Of a stretch of DNA of 64,000 nucleotides, positions 44,907-53,700 are shown one piece after another (position 1 is the stretch's first letter; each line of letters opens with the position of its first letter). The stretch comes from a virus. A program made the translations under genes and the position numbers. The notes below the pieces were generated by a model. That model saw only the letters and a list, made by a program, of their open reading frames with translations, was not told the DNA's origin and did no database searches. The stretch spans positions 23,903-87,902 of the IMG/VR virus record IMGVR_UViG_3300037222_000116. The stretch is one strand, 5' to 3'.

Positions 44907-45751
44907 TTACCGGACTGGTGTTGCTCGCTGCTATGGCGTTCTTCGTCGGCGGCGTGGTCGGTGCCAAGAAGCCGAGCGTCTTCTTCAGGGCCAAAGAAGA
45001 GCAGAAGCAACTCGCCGCACCAGCTCCCGGCGACCAGCAGGCCCTCGCCGACTGGAAGAAAGTGTTTCGCGAGGTCGTCATCGCCAACGACGGCGGCGTG
45101 TCGCCTGTCATGGAGCGCTTTCTTACCGACGAAGAGAGCTTTCGAGAAACGGCTGAAGCCGAGAAGCAACGCATTCTCGATGCTGCTGCTGCCCGTGAGA
45201 AAGCACTTCTCTCGAAGATCGAAGAACAGAAAGGCGCGCTGGAGACATTGCAGAAGCCGGTCGTCAAGGACCCCGAACCCTGCAAGGTCTGCGGCGAGCC
45301 ACACGACTACCCGACGACGCCGTGCCTGCTGACGCTACGCACGCCTTTGATCGACATTCCGCGCGCCGCCTTCGAGGCCGATTGGAAAGTTTGCACGTCT
45401 CCTAGTGAACGCTGGGGTGTCCTCAAGCGATGGGATGCGAAGGGCTATCGCTTTCCCAATGAGATGCGCGCACGACTGCTCAAGAACAATGCGGGCGAGG
45501 GTACTCCTACCGGAGATGGTGGTCCCGGCGCGCGCAAGATGCTGCGCCAACTGTTCGACGAACAGGACACGCCGCCGCCGAAGCCGCCCGAGCCTGTAGT
45601 CGAGAAGAGAACCTGCATCACGCCGTACCTCCACGAGCTGCTATGCATTGGCTGTCGACACGAAGCGATCTGGCACGGAGCCGACCGCGATGGCTGTTGC
45701 CTGCGCACGCACTGCCATTGCGCTCGCTTTCAAGGGGAGCCTCGCCGATGA
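44903..45751 (+). CDS. membrane-anchored protein with Cys clusters
   Basis: N-terminal TM; CKVC; CRH...H...C.C. Confidence 0.6.
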   Translation: MITGLVLLAAMAFFVGGVVGAKKPSVFFRAKEEQKQLAAPAPGDQQALADWKKVFREVVIANDGGVSPVMERFLTDEESFRETAEAEKQRILDAAAAREKALLSKIEEQKGALETLQKPVVKDPEPCKVCGEPHDYPTTPCLLTLRTPLIDIPRAAFEADWKVCTSPSERWGVLKRWDAKGYRFPNEMRARLLKNNAGEGTPTGDGGPGARKMLRQLFDEQDTPPPKPPEPVVEKRTCITPYLHELLCIGCRHEAIWHGADRDGCCLRTHCHCARFQGEPRR

Positions 45752-45945
45752 CCCGCCCACGCTGCGCAATGGTCGTGTTCCGCCTGACCAAGCACACGGT
45801 CAAGAAGGGCCGCTGCAAGCGCAAGGCGCGCTTCCGGTCGCTCTTGGGCTTTCATTTCTGCCACCAGCACCGCGAGAAGCTGTCAATCACGGTCACGTCC
45901 AGCTCGATGCTGCTACCGGTGGGCTGGGAACGGAGCGGCGTATGA
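45748..45945 (+). CDS. small Cys-containing protein
   Basis: RC...RCKRKA...FCHQH. Confidence 0.5.
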   Translation: MTRPRCAMVVFRLTKHTVKKGRCKRKARFRSLLGFHFCHQHREKLSITVTSSSMLLPVGWERSGV

Positions 45946-46082
45946 ACAAGAGAACCAAGCAGACCCTCGCCGACCTCGGCTTAGCGCTGTTCGGAGGGGC
46001 GATGTGGATGGCGATCGTGCTCCTGTGCGGGCTCGGGCTCGCGATTCTGCTTGCGTCCTGCCTCAAGGCGTGGCATTACTAA
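45942..46082 (+). CDS. small membrane protein
   Basis: Single hydrophobic segment; ATGA overlap. Confidence 0.5.
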   Translation: MNKRTKQTLADLGLALFGGAMWMAIVLLCGLGLAILLASCLKAWHY

Positions 46083-46127
46083 CTCTAGCAAAATGTCCTT
46101 TGCTAGAGTAAATCTCATATGAGATCC

Positions 46128-46156
46128 TTGACAGGGCCTTGGCGGTCTGGTAGCCT
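46128..46156 (+). promoter_or_regulatory. sigma70-like promoter
   Basis: TTGACA-17 bp-TAGCCT with extended TG. Confidence 0.65.
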
Positions 46157-46198
46157 GTTTTCGAGCGATCACCACACGCAGTAGGGGAGGAACGGACC

Positions 46199-46816
46199 AT
46201 GTCGAGCGAGAATCCAAGCCGCTTTGCCGAGCTGGCGACCGAGATGTTGGGCGCGAAGGTCGCGAGCGACGCGGTCGCACAGGTCTTCGCGAGCGCCAGC
46301 GCTGAAGTGAAGACCGCCCTCGCGGACGCGGTGCTCAAGACCATCATCAAGCGCATCCACGAACCCGCGACGAATTGGGCAATCGAGGCCGTCGTCAGCG
46401 AGCACGTCAGCGTCGCCGCACGCCTGCTCGTTGATGAGCAGCGCGGCGAGATCGAGAAGCGCGTCGCCGAGCGACTCACCGCCAAGAACATCTCGGGCTG
46501 GATCGAGCAGCAGGTTCGCGCCTACGTCGACACGGCTGCCAAGGCAGGTTGTGGCGTCGCTCGCCTCGAAGGCGGTGGGCTGATGCGCAAGCCGACGGTC
46601 GGGCGGATCGTTCACTGGACGAACTGGCAGGGCGTGGTCTGTGCGGCGATCATCACGGCGGTCGGGGATGCGACCGAACAGTCACCGCTCGGCTACGTGC
46701 GCCTGTCTGTATTCGAGGCGGGGATGCCGCAGGTACGCACGCTCGCAGGCGTGCTCTTCAGTGCGGACGGCCCGCAGCTCGATCACTGGCACTGGCCCGC
46801 ACGGGAGGACGGCTGA
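46199..46816 (+). CDS. hypothetical protein; probably two genes fused by a +1 insertion
   Basis: Helical N-terminal part plus MRKPTVGRIVHW...WHWP domain starting at 46583. Confidence 0.6.
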   Translation: MSSENPSRFAELATEMLGAKVASDAVAQVFASASAEVKTALADAVLKTIIKRIHEPATNWAIEAVVSEHVSVAARLLVDEQRGEIEKRVAERLTAKNISGWIEQQVRAYVDTAAKAGCGVARLEGGGLMRKPTVGRIVHWTNWQGVVCAAIITAVGDATEQSPLGYVRLSVFEAGMPQVRTLAGVLFSADGPQLDHWHWPAREDG

Positions 46817-47184
46817 TGGCCGATCAGGTCAAAGAGTTCCTTGGCAACTGCGGCGTCGTGACGCAGGCCGAGGCCAAAGAAGGCGCCTCGGGGCTTCGCC
46901 TTCGAGCCGAAGACATGCTGCATCGGTTCCTCGCCACCGGGCATCCTCGCATCGCGCCGACGCTGCGAGAGTGCATTGACCTCGATGCAGCCCTGACGAT
47001 CTGGATGTGGCTGTTCGAGCACACAGACGTCTGCAAGACGTGCTCTGACGGCCAGATCACCAAGCGAGAGGGCGTTGGCTGCGCGCGAGGGCGGCTCATG
47101 CACCGGGCGCTGCTCGTCGACAAGGACTTCTTCGACAACTACGACGCCGACAAAGGCGCGTACCGCGTCGAGGCGAAGCGATGA
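46816..47184 (+). CDS. hypothetical protein
   Basis: GGAGG RBS; CKTC. Confidence 0.6.
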   Translation: MADQVKEFLGNCGVVTQAEAKEGASGLRLRAEDMLHRFLATGHPRIAPTLRECIDLDAALTIWMWLFEHTDVCKTCSDGQITKREGVGCARGRLMHRALLVDKDFFDNYDADKGAYRVEAKR

Positions 47185-47471
47185 CTCCCAAGGACACGAA
47201 GCGCACAACCACCAGAATCACGTTCAGCGTCACGCCCGAGATGGCGTTGGCTGTCGAAGAATACCAGCGGCGCTACAACGCCCGGAGCCCATCTGAAGCA
47301 GTAAGAATGATGGTGTCGTTCGCACTGTCTCAGCCGCACGATCGGGCGCTGATGATGGCGTACCAGCAGGTGAGAGCCGACCTGTGGAGTGTTGCTCGGA
47401 AATCGTTTCAGGCGGCGTTCGACACGATCACCAACACCGTCATCGATCAGGTTGAACGGAGGGGACGCTGA
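47181..47471 (+). CDS. RHH-like DNA-binding protein
   Basis: RITFSVTPEM...SPSEAVRMMV. Confidence 0.55.
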   Translation: MTPKDTKRTTTRITFSVTPEMALAVEEYQRRYNARSPSEAVRMMVSFALSQPHDRALMMAYQQVRADLWSVARKSFQAAFDTITNTVIDQVERRGR

Positions 47472-48589
47472 TGCGCTACGAAGACGTGCTCGGCGACATG
47501 GCGTTGCCACAAGGCCCTCGGACGCCTCGGGCCATCATGGACGAGTACATCAAGTCGTCTGCGCCGACGGTGCAAGCCATTGAGCGTGTTCTCAAGTCGC
47601 TTGGGCCTATCAAGGACGAAATAAGCTCACCACTGGCTGAAGTGCGTGATGTACTCCAAACACGCACCGTCGCCGATAACGTGCCTGTGTTTCAATGGCA
47701 GCTTCAATTCGCCAACCGGGACGTCTTTCAGCACGTCCTCAACTCGCCCGGTGGCGAAGAGGTCTACAAAGCCTGCATCGCCGATCACCACCAGTGGTGC
47801 CGTTGGGTCGTCAACGGCTGTTCTACTTTCGAGCTGACACATAGCCTCGCAGCGGGCCTCGTGCTCACCGAGCCCCCGCCGCTCGAAGAGGACAGCTTCA
47901 AGCTGCCCTTCGACAGCTTCACGATTGTCCTGCCTGACGGCGTGCTGCCCTTCTGGTATGGCGAGACGGAGAGTAGCAACCAGAAGTGGGCCAATCTGGT
48001 CTTGGTCAGCAAGTTCAAAGCAGCCTCGGACGGCAAAGCGATCTATCAGATCACGTCCTACTGCGACGGCGTGAGCTTGTATCGGCGGCAGAAGTTCGCC
48101 GAGCTGGACTCGCCCGAGGCTGACGATTGGGTCAAGGCGTTTGAAGACGATCCGCCGATCACGTCCAACGATGCCATCACACACAAGACGGCGTTGAGGA
48201 TTGTCAGAAATCTGGTTGCTTGGATCGAGGCCAACGGTCCCGGCGAGCGCCAAGGCGGCAAGCGGCCTCCGAAGAAGAACCGGAAGCCGATTCCTGACGA
48301 CCCGAACGCACTACCCACGCCGACGACGTGGGTCGTGGGCAGAGAGATCAAGCTCTCGCCCGATCTGCGGCAGATGGCATCTGAAGTCGTGTTGGGGGAA
48401 AGCAAGAAGGACAAAGTCGCCGGGTGGAAGGTTCGTGTTCGTTACATCGTCCGAGGCCACTGGCGCATGCAGGCGCACGGCGTCGGCAGAGCCGAGCGCA
48501 AGCGCATGTTCATTTCGCCTTTCTGGCGTGGTCCATTGGGCGCGGCGGCGTGGAGCCATCTCTATCAGCCCGAGGAGCAGACCACATGA
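47471..48589 (+). CDS. phage protein with a C-terminal VRGHWR motif
   Basis: VRGHWRMQAHG...FISPFWRG. Confidence 0.7.
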   Translation: MRYEDVLGDMALPQGPRTPRAIMDEYIKSSAPTVQAIERVLKSLGPIKDEISSPLAEVRDVLQTRTVADNVPVFQWQLQFANRDVFQHVLNSPGGEEVYKACIADHHQWCRWVVNGCSTFELTHSLAAGLVLTEPPPLEEDSFKLPFDSFTIVLPDGVLPFWYGETESSNQKWANLVLVSKFKAASDGKAIYQITSYCDGVSLYRRQKFAELDSPEADDWVKAFEDDPPITSNDAITHKTALRIVRNLVAWIEANGPGERQGGKRPPKKNRKPIPDDPNALPTPTTWVVGREIKLSPDLRQMASEVVLGESKKDKVAGWKVRVRYIVRGHWRMQAHGVGRAERKRMFISPFWRGPLGAAAWSHLYQPEEQTT

Positions 48590-48774
48590 CACTCGCAGAG
48601 CTTCAGGAGCAGTTCGTCAAGCTCAAGGTCCAATCGTGCTCGATGGCGAGGCGTGGGACTTCCTACGTCTGCGTTCTCGTCGTCGAGGACCACATCGACA
48701 TCGTCAAGGGCTATGGAACAACCCTCGACGCTGCCGTTCGCGATGCGCTTCAGGGCGCGGTGAACGGCTCGTGA
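48586..48774 (+). CDS. hypothetical protein
   Basis: GGAG RBS, overlapping stops and starts. Confidence 0.55.
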   Translation: MTLAELQEQFVKLKVQSCSMARRGTSYVCVLVVEDHIDIVKGYGTTLDAAVRDALQGAVNGS

Positions 48775-49091
48775 AGAAGGTCGTCATCCACGCGCCGCAC
48801 GAGCCGACGACGAACCTGCACGTCGAGCACGTCTGGAAAGAGATGCTGCGTCGAGGAGCACCGAGGTTGCGTGCTGTGCAGCTCGACGACGGGAGCTGGC
48901 AAGCGCTCGAAGGCAGTCATCGCCTCTGGGTGGTGAGCGAACAGGAGCATCCGATCGTCATTGTTCCTGTACTTCCTGCCCAGCGCATCACGACTGACGT
49001 ATTGGGTATGCGACGCTCGGTCAGAGACATCCTTGAAGCGTTGGACGCCTTGTCCCGCCCTGCCTACAAGCTCAAGGCCGAGATCAAATGA
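48771..49091 (+). CDS. ParB/Srx-like small protein
   Basis: PRLRAV...ALEGSHRL. Confidence 0.55.
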   Translation: MKKVVIHAPHEPTTNLHVEHVWKEMLRRGAPRLRAVQLDDGSWQALEGSHRLWVVSEQEHPIVIVPVLPAQRITTDVLGMRRSVRDILEALDALSRPAYKLKAEIK

Positions 49092-50014
49092 CACTGCTCG
49101 AACAGGTGATTGCTGACAGCCGCAGGCTCGCACCAAAGACCAAGGCGGCGTACCTCGCGTCCATTAGACTCTTCCTCGCCTACGTCGGTACTGGAGTAGG
49201 CAAATATGTCGTGGTGGATGCGCGCACACTCAAGCCTGCGGACCTCGACAGGTGGTGCAAGGCGCAGGCGGCGACGTGTACGGCAGTGACCATCAACAGC
49301 CGACTGGCAGCCGTCAAGACAGCGTCCAAACGCCTGCACGAACTGCATGGCCTGCCTGACTTCGCAGCATCCGTCGAAGGCTTCAAGGGCACGCACGGCG
49401 CAGCGATGGCCCAGCAGTCGGCCAAGACGCCTGCGCGGGCTCTGTCGACCGACGAGGTCAACGCCATGTACGGCGTCTGCGCAGAAGGAACATGGATGGG
49501 CATGCGGGACCGGGCGATCCTGTGTCTCGGCTTCAGGCTCGGCCTGCGTCGCATGGAGATCGCACAGGTCGAGTGGCGACACTTCGAGGATGGCATCAAG
49601 AAGCTCCGCGTCGCAGGCAAAGGCGACAAGGACGACATCCTCGACGTCGACGACATGACGCAGGGAGCTTTGCGTGCGTTCCGCGCCAAGACACCGCCAG
49701 CGCTCAAGACCACCGGCTTTGTCTTCGTCCGAGCCCGCAATCAGCTCATCGACATCCAGAGGCCGCTGACGCCCGATGGCATCAACAAGATCGTCAGTGT
49801 GATTGCAGCCAAGGCGAAGGTGCCTTGTCACCCGCACGAGATGCGCCACACGTTCATCTCACAGGCGTTGGCGGCGGGGGTGCCTCCATGGATGGTCCAG
49901 AAGGCAGCGCGGCACGCGTCGCCGCTGACGACCTACGGCTACGCGCACATGCCTGCCAACGATGGTGCGATCGGGAATTCGATTCCGACGGACAGCAACG
50001 GGGAGGAAGAGTAA
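49088..50014 (+). CDS. tyrosine recombinase (XerC/D-like)
   Basis: RDRAIL...GLRRMEI, GKGDK, HEMRHT, HASPLTTYGY. Confidence 0.92.
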   Translation: MTLLEQVIADSRRLAPKTKAAYLASIRLFLAYVGTGVGKYVVVDARTLKPADLDRWCKAQAATCTAVTINSRLAAVKTASKRLHELHGLPDFAASVEGFKGTHGAAMAQQSAKTPARALSTDEVNAMYGVCAEGTWMGMRDRAILCLGFRLGLRRMEIAQVEWRHFEDGIKKLRVAGKGDKDDILDVDDMTQGALRAFRAKTPPALKTTGFVFVRARNQLIDIQRPLTPDGINKIVSVIAAKAKVPCHPHEMRHTFISQALAAGVPPWMVQKAARHASPLTTYGYAHMPANDGAIGNSIPTDSNGEEE

Positions 50015-50169
50015 ATGCGCCTCGCGATCGTGTACTACCCGGATGGCAAGCCCCGCATGACGCTGGAATCGCACTTCATCGAAGACAACGGCCTGACGTG
50101 GCTCGTCTACGTTGCGTTCGCTGCGACGGTCGAGAATTGGGCAATGGGCGGGACGACAGCGGTAGAACG

Positions 50170-50397
50170 ATGACGCCGCCGAAGCTGGCTGAGAAAGCCA
50201 TCAAAGCCCTCGCGCGCGAAGACGCCATCGAGCACTTGGAGTTGTTCTACGACTCCGAGACGATTCTCTTCACTACGTTTGGCAGTCGCGTGACAGCAGC
50301 CATGATGTGTCGGTTGCTCGCGATGCCGCCGACGTGGGAGACTGACGTCGAGCTGGAGCGCCTCAAGCACTTCCTGCGCAACGAAGCCAAGGAATAA
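50170..50397 (+). CDS. hypothetical protein
   Basis: ORF within the operon. Confidence 0.5.
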   Translation: MTPPKLAEKAIKALAREDAIEHLELFYDSETILFTTFGSRVTAAMMCRLLAMPPTWETDVELERLKHFLRNEAKE

Positions 50398-50402
50398 TCA
50401 CC

Positions 50403-50897
50403 ATGCGCATCCTGCGTCTGACGATGTTCAAGAACCCCGACGAGCACACCGGCATGATCGTCAGGGCCTCGGACATCACTGTGCCCTTCGACGAGATGCG
50501 ACGCCAGATGATGATGCCTGACTTCCTCGTGCTCGCCGAAGAGTTCGAGATGCCTGACGGCGTGTCGATCGAACAGGCGACCGCCGAGGCTGTTGGAAGG
50601 CAACGACGCAGAGCCAAGACCGAGCACGATCTCGCCATCATGTACTTCTGGGGTACGCGTCACCTGCTCGACCGTGTGCTCGCTCCCGGTAGGGCAGGCT
50701 GGAGTGCCACTAGCCCCGCGCCGTACACCGCCGACGATGTGGTCCCTGTCTTTGAGCAAATCGCCGCCTACAGCAACTACCGCGGCCAGCTCATGCGAAC
50801 AGCTACGAGTGACGGCTGGATCGTGGTGTTGAGCAACGGGAGGATTGCCCGCGAGCGCATGCCGTTCGGCGGTCGTGGCGGGATGGTGAACGGGTAG
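50403..50897 (+). CDS. hypothetical protein
   Basis: AAGGA RBS; converges on the next gene. Confidence 0.6.
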   Translation: MRILRLTMFKNPDEHTGMIVRASDITVPFDEMRRQMMMPDFLVLAEEFEMPDGVSIEQATAEAVGRQRRRAKTEHDLAIMYFWGTRHLLDRVLAPGRAGWSATSPAPYTADDVVPVFEQIAAYSNYRGQLMRTATSDGWIVVLSNGRIARERMPFGGRGGMVNG

Positions 50898-51405
50898 CTG
50901 CTCGCCCGAGGTCGGGGAGTTGCTGCCTGCGTGGTGTCTTGCGAATCTGCTTTTTGATCTCGTCGAGATGCTCGTGCAACAAGTCAGCATAGAGACAGCG
51001 CATGTATGGGTCGATGCCCGGCGTGTAAGGCGCTTCGGAGTAGTTGTTGCCTCGCAGCGCGCTCACGAAGACGCCGCCAATGCAGCCGACCGGCTTGTGT
51101 CCTCGACGAACATTGCCATTGCCGTCAAACCAATCGCCGATACCAATGCAGACATCAAACGGCCCGTCGGTAGTAGCTGGATTGGGAGCACCACCATCGC
51201 CGTCCCACTCGAAATACGGATCGTTCTCGACAAGCATGCGGACGTCGAGCTTGCGTCCTTCGCTCTCGTCGCGTGCTGAGCGCACAGCACCTTCGATGCT
51301 ATGCCCGACCCAGCCACCGCAATGCTCGCGGAAGAAGTTGACGGCGCTGCGAAACTCAGGCGTCAGCAGGACGTGCTGCTTCTTGCGTCGGCGTGTGGCT
51401 GCCAT
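50803..51405 (-). CDS. phage protein with PRRQQLPDLG tag
   Basis: MAATRRRKK...FFREHCG...CIGGV...DPYMR; tag at 50905-50934. Confidence 0.75.
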   Translation of the reverse strand: MAATRRRKKQHVLLTPEFRSAVNFFREHCGGWVGHSIEGAVRSARDESEGRKLDVRMLVENDPYFEWDGDGGAPNPATTDGPFDVCIGIGDWFDGNGNVRRGHKPVGCIGGVFVSALRGNNYSEAPYTPGIDPYMRCLYADLLHEHLDEIKKQIRKTPRRQQLPDLGRAATRSPSRHDRRTACARGQSSRCSTPRSSRHS

Positions 51406-51406
51406 C

Positions 51407-51604
51407 TCACCGTCTCCGTCGACGAGGAGCCGCACGTAGTCCGAGGTCAACAACAACGTCGGCAGCCATCAACCGCTTCCCGGCGATTTGCGCGGACGTT
51501 TGCAGAATCGCTTTCCGACACTTCTCACACGCCTCGGGCCTACCGGGACATTCCAGCTTCTTCGCAAAGCCGCAAGCGCTGCACACCACGTCGACGAGGG
51601 ACAT
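51407..51604 (-). CDS. zinc-ribbon peptide ending DLG-LRAAPRRRRR
   Basis: CSAC...CEKC; Arg tail after DLG. Confidence 0.6.
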   Translation of the reverse strand: MSLVDVVCSACGFAKKLECPGRPEACEKCRKAILQTSAQIAGKRLMAADVVVDLGLRAAPRRRRR

Positions 51605-51622
51605 TTGAAATCTCACTCTCCT

Positions 51623-52039
51623 CTACGGGTCATAGTAGTAAGCGCTGACAGCGTTGCCGACGATGTTGGGATCGAGCTGGAGGTGCGTGTTAGCGAAGAG
51701 CAAGATCCAGACGGTGAAGACCGTGATAACCGACCCTGCGGGGACATTGTAGAACCCCTGCGCGTCGACGGCGTAGACGTTGAACAAGGCGTCGGTGACG
51801 AACGTGGCGGTCGCGAGCAGCGCTTGGTAGTCGGCGTCCAATACGCCGCCCGGTGGAGGCCACACCAGCGATTGCAAGCCGCCTTCGGCGATCAGCATGA
51901 ACTGCGTGACAGTGGCGGGCAGCGTGAACGTAACGCCGTTGGTCTTGATGTGATGTAAAAGCGTGATCGACGCTCCCGGTGCCAGCACGGGCACCGAAAT
52001 CAAGCTCACATAGATGGACGACGGCGCTTGAACAGCCAC
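51623..52039 (-). CDS. putative virion protein related to the fibre N-terminus
   Basis: QAP...LAPGASITLLHHI resembles fibre QAP...VPPGGTVVLPHGI. Confidence 0.55.
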   Translation of the reverse strand: MAVQAPSSIYVSLISVPVLAPGASITLLHHIKTNGVTFTLPATVTQFMLIAEGGLQSLVWPPPGGVLDADYQALLATATFVTDALFNVYAVDAQGFYNVPAGSVITVFTVWILLFANTHLQLDPNIVGNAVSAYYYDP

Positions 52040-52113
52040 GACCCGAGCCTACTACTTTGAGTAGACTCGCGCGAGCAAGGCTTGCAGGGCAGCGACCTCT
52101 TCGTCGGTCAGCC

Positions 52114-52872
52114 TCACGGAGCGAGCTTCTTCATCGTGACGTGCCAGTCAAGAATCGTGTTCCACTCGTTGTTGAAGCGACGTTGCTGCGCTTCATTGCT
52201 TAGTAGCGTCAACTCTTCGGGACAGGTGTGAATGATGTTGCAGCCGAAGTTGCAGTTGACGAGGTAGTGGTCGAGCTTGTTGGCGACGCGAAAGTCCTTC
52301 CAGAGATACATGAAGGACTCCATCGGAATGAACCGTCGATGGGTAGGGTCTTGAAAAGCTCGGTTCGATCGCAGCGCCGGGCAGATGATCAGCGCGTTCG
52401 CGTCGGGCTTCAGGATGCGCCACAGCTCATCGAAGAACGCGAAGAAGAAGTCCTTGCCGACGTAGCGCATCTCGAATGTCCTTCGCGCATCTGCGTCGAC
52501 TGGAAGAGTGTGGAGATCGCGTAGCTCGACCTCACGCGCGGGCAGATGCTCGATGAAATGCGAGCAATGCGCTTTATCGACGCTCGCGTCCTCGAAGGGC
52601 CACGGGAACTTGAAGAGGTCGACCTTGTACTTGGCCTTGTCACCTCGGATGTCGACGCCGTCGAAACCTTCACGCGGGCTCTGGCCGCAGGCGAGATCGA
52701 GGCGCACGAGCTTCTCGGAGGGAGCCACGATGACCGGCTGGAGGTCGCCGGGCGCTACAGCAGCCGTACGCGTGGCGTTCTGCATCGCCTCGAAGCGCTC
52801 CATGACCGCTTCCATCCTCTTGCGCTCGGCGACCATTGCTTCCAGCTCGGATGGCTTCTCTGCTTTGCTCAT
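52114..52872 (-). CDS. class I SAM-dependent methyltransferase
   Basis: LDLACG, FPWPFEDASVD, SHFIEHL, RILKP, DPTH. Confidence 0.85.
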   Translation of the reverse strand: MSKAEKPSELEAMVAERKRMEAVMERFEAMQNATRTAAVAPGDLQPVIVAPSEKLVRLDLACGQSPREGFDGVDIRGDKAKYKVDLFKFPWPFEDASVDKAHCSHFIEHLPAREVELRDLHTLPVDADARRTFEMRYVGKDFFFAFFDELWRILKPDANALIICPALRSNRAFQDPTHRRFIPMESFMYLWKDFRVANKLDHYLVNCNFGCNIIHTCPEELTLLSNEAQQRRFNNEWNTILDWHVTMKKLAP

Positions 52873-53657
52873 CAGTACACAACTCCTGATCCAATATCGA
52901 GGTGGCCGACTTTGACGCGCATGTCGACAGCGAAACGCTTTCCAGCCTTGATTGCCCGTTGGCAGTAATACAAGTCCTGCGTAAATCCTTGAGGACCGAC
53001 ATTTGGGATCACGTCGGCAACAGTCACGAACCAAGGCGCAGGAACCTGCCGAAAGAGATCCATGCGCCAAAGCGCGCAGCCCATGGCGATGCCATTGACC
53101 GGCAGAATGTGCCCTCGCGCCAACACACCGCGAACGTCTCTCGGCTTGAAATCCAACACCCCGGTTCTCGCGTACTCGTCAGGATCTCCATAAGCCATGG
53201 GCATTGTGATCAAGCCCTTAGTGAAGTAGAGCCCTGACACGGCGTCGAACGGTCCTGCTTCGATGCTCTCCAAGAGGCGAACGTGCGCGTCTTGAGGCAC
53301 CAAGTTGTCATCCTCGATCGTCATCACGTACTTCCACGTCGAGAGCTGGGGCTCGGCAAGGATATTCGTGATCAGGCGATTGTAGGCGTGCCCGACTTCG
53401 TCACCAGCAGCGAACAAGATCGCTCGCTTCTGGTTCATCGGACCGATCATGCCTTGCAGTGCCGAGAAGAAACGGGAGGAGAGCGTGGCTTGGTGAGGCT
53501 GCCCTCGCGTCGGGACGACAATCACCGTCGACGAGTCTTTGTACGTGCTCCCCGGAATGACTTTCACCTGCTCGAAGCCCACGCCCGCGGACAAACGATC
53601 AGCGGCGTCCGCGAGAGGAACAACACCATTGTCGGGAGGTAACTTGGTTGCTGACAT
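52872..53657 (-). CDS. GT-A fold glycosyltransferase
   Basis: IVVPTRG, IEDDN, VSGLYFTK, GMGCAL, QDLY, VGHLD. Confidence 0.8.
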   Translation of the reverse strand: MSATKLPPDNGVVPLADAADRLSAGVGFEQVKVIPGSTYKDSSTVIVVPTRGQPHQATLSSRFFSALQGMIGPMNQKRAILFAAGDEVGHAYNRLITNILAEPQLSTWKYVMTIEDDNLVPQDAHVRLLESIEAGPFDAVSGLYFTKGLITMPMAYGDPDEYARTGVLDFKPRDVRGVLARGHILPVNGIAMGCALWRMDLFRQVPAPWFVTVADVIPNVGPQGFTQDLYYCQRAIKAGKRFAVDMRVKVGHLDIGSGVVY

Positions 53658-53700
53658 GCGAGAACAGGTTTACTACTCCCTGTGGCAGTTCGTCAACAAC

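Noticed and set aside
46084-46108. TCTAGCAAA...TTTGCTAGA palindrome as an operator-family member
   Set aside because: Spacing differs from the 7-4-7 consensus; more likely a terminator or an unrelated site.
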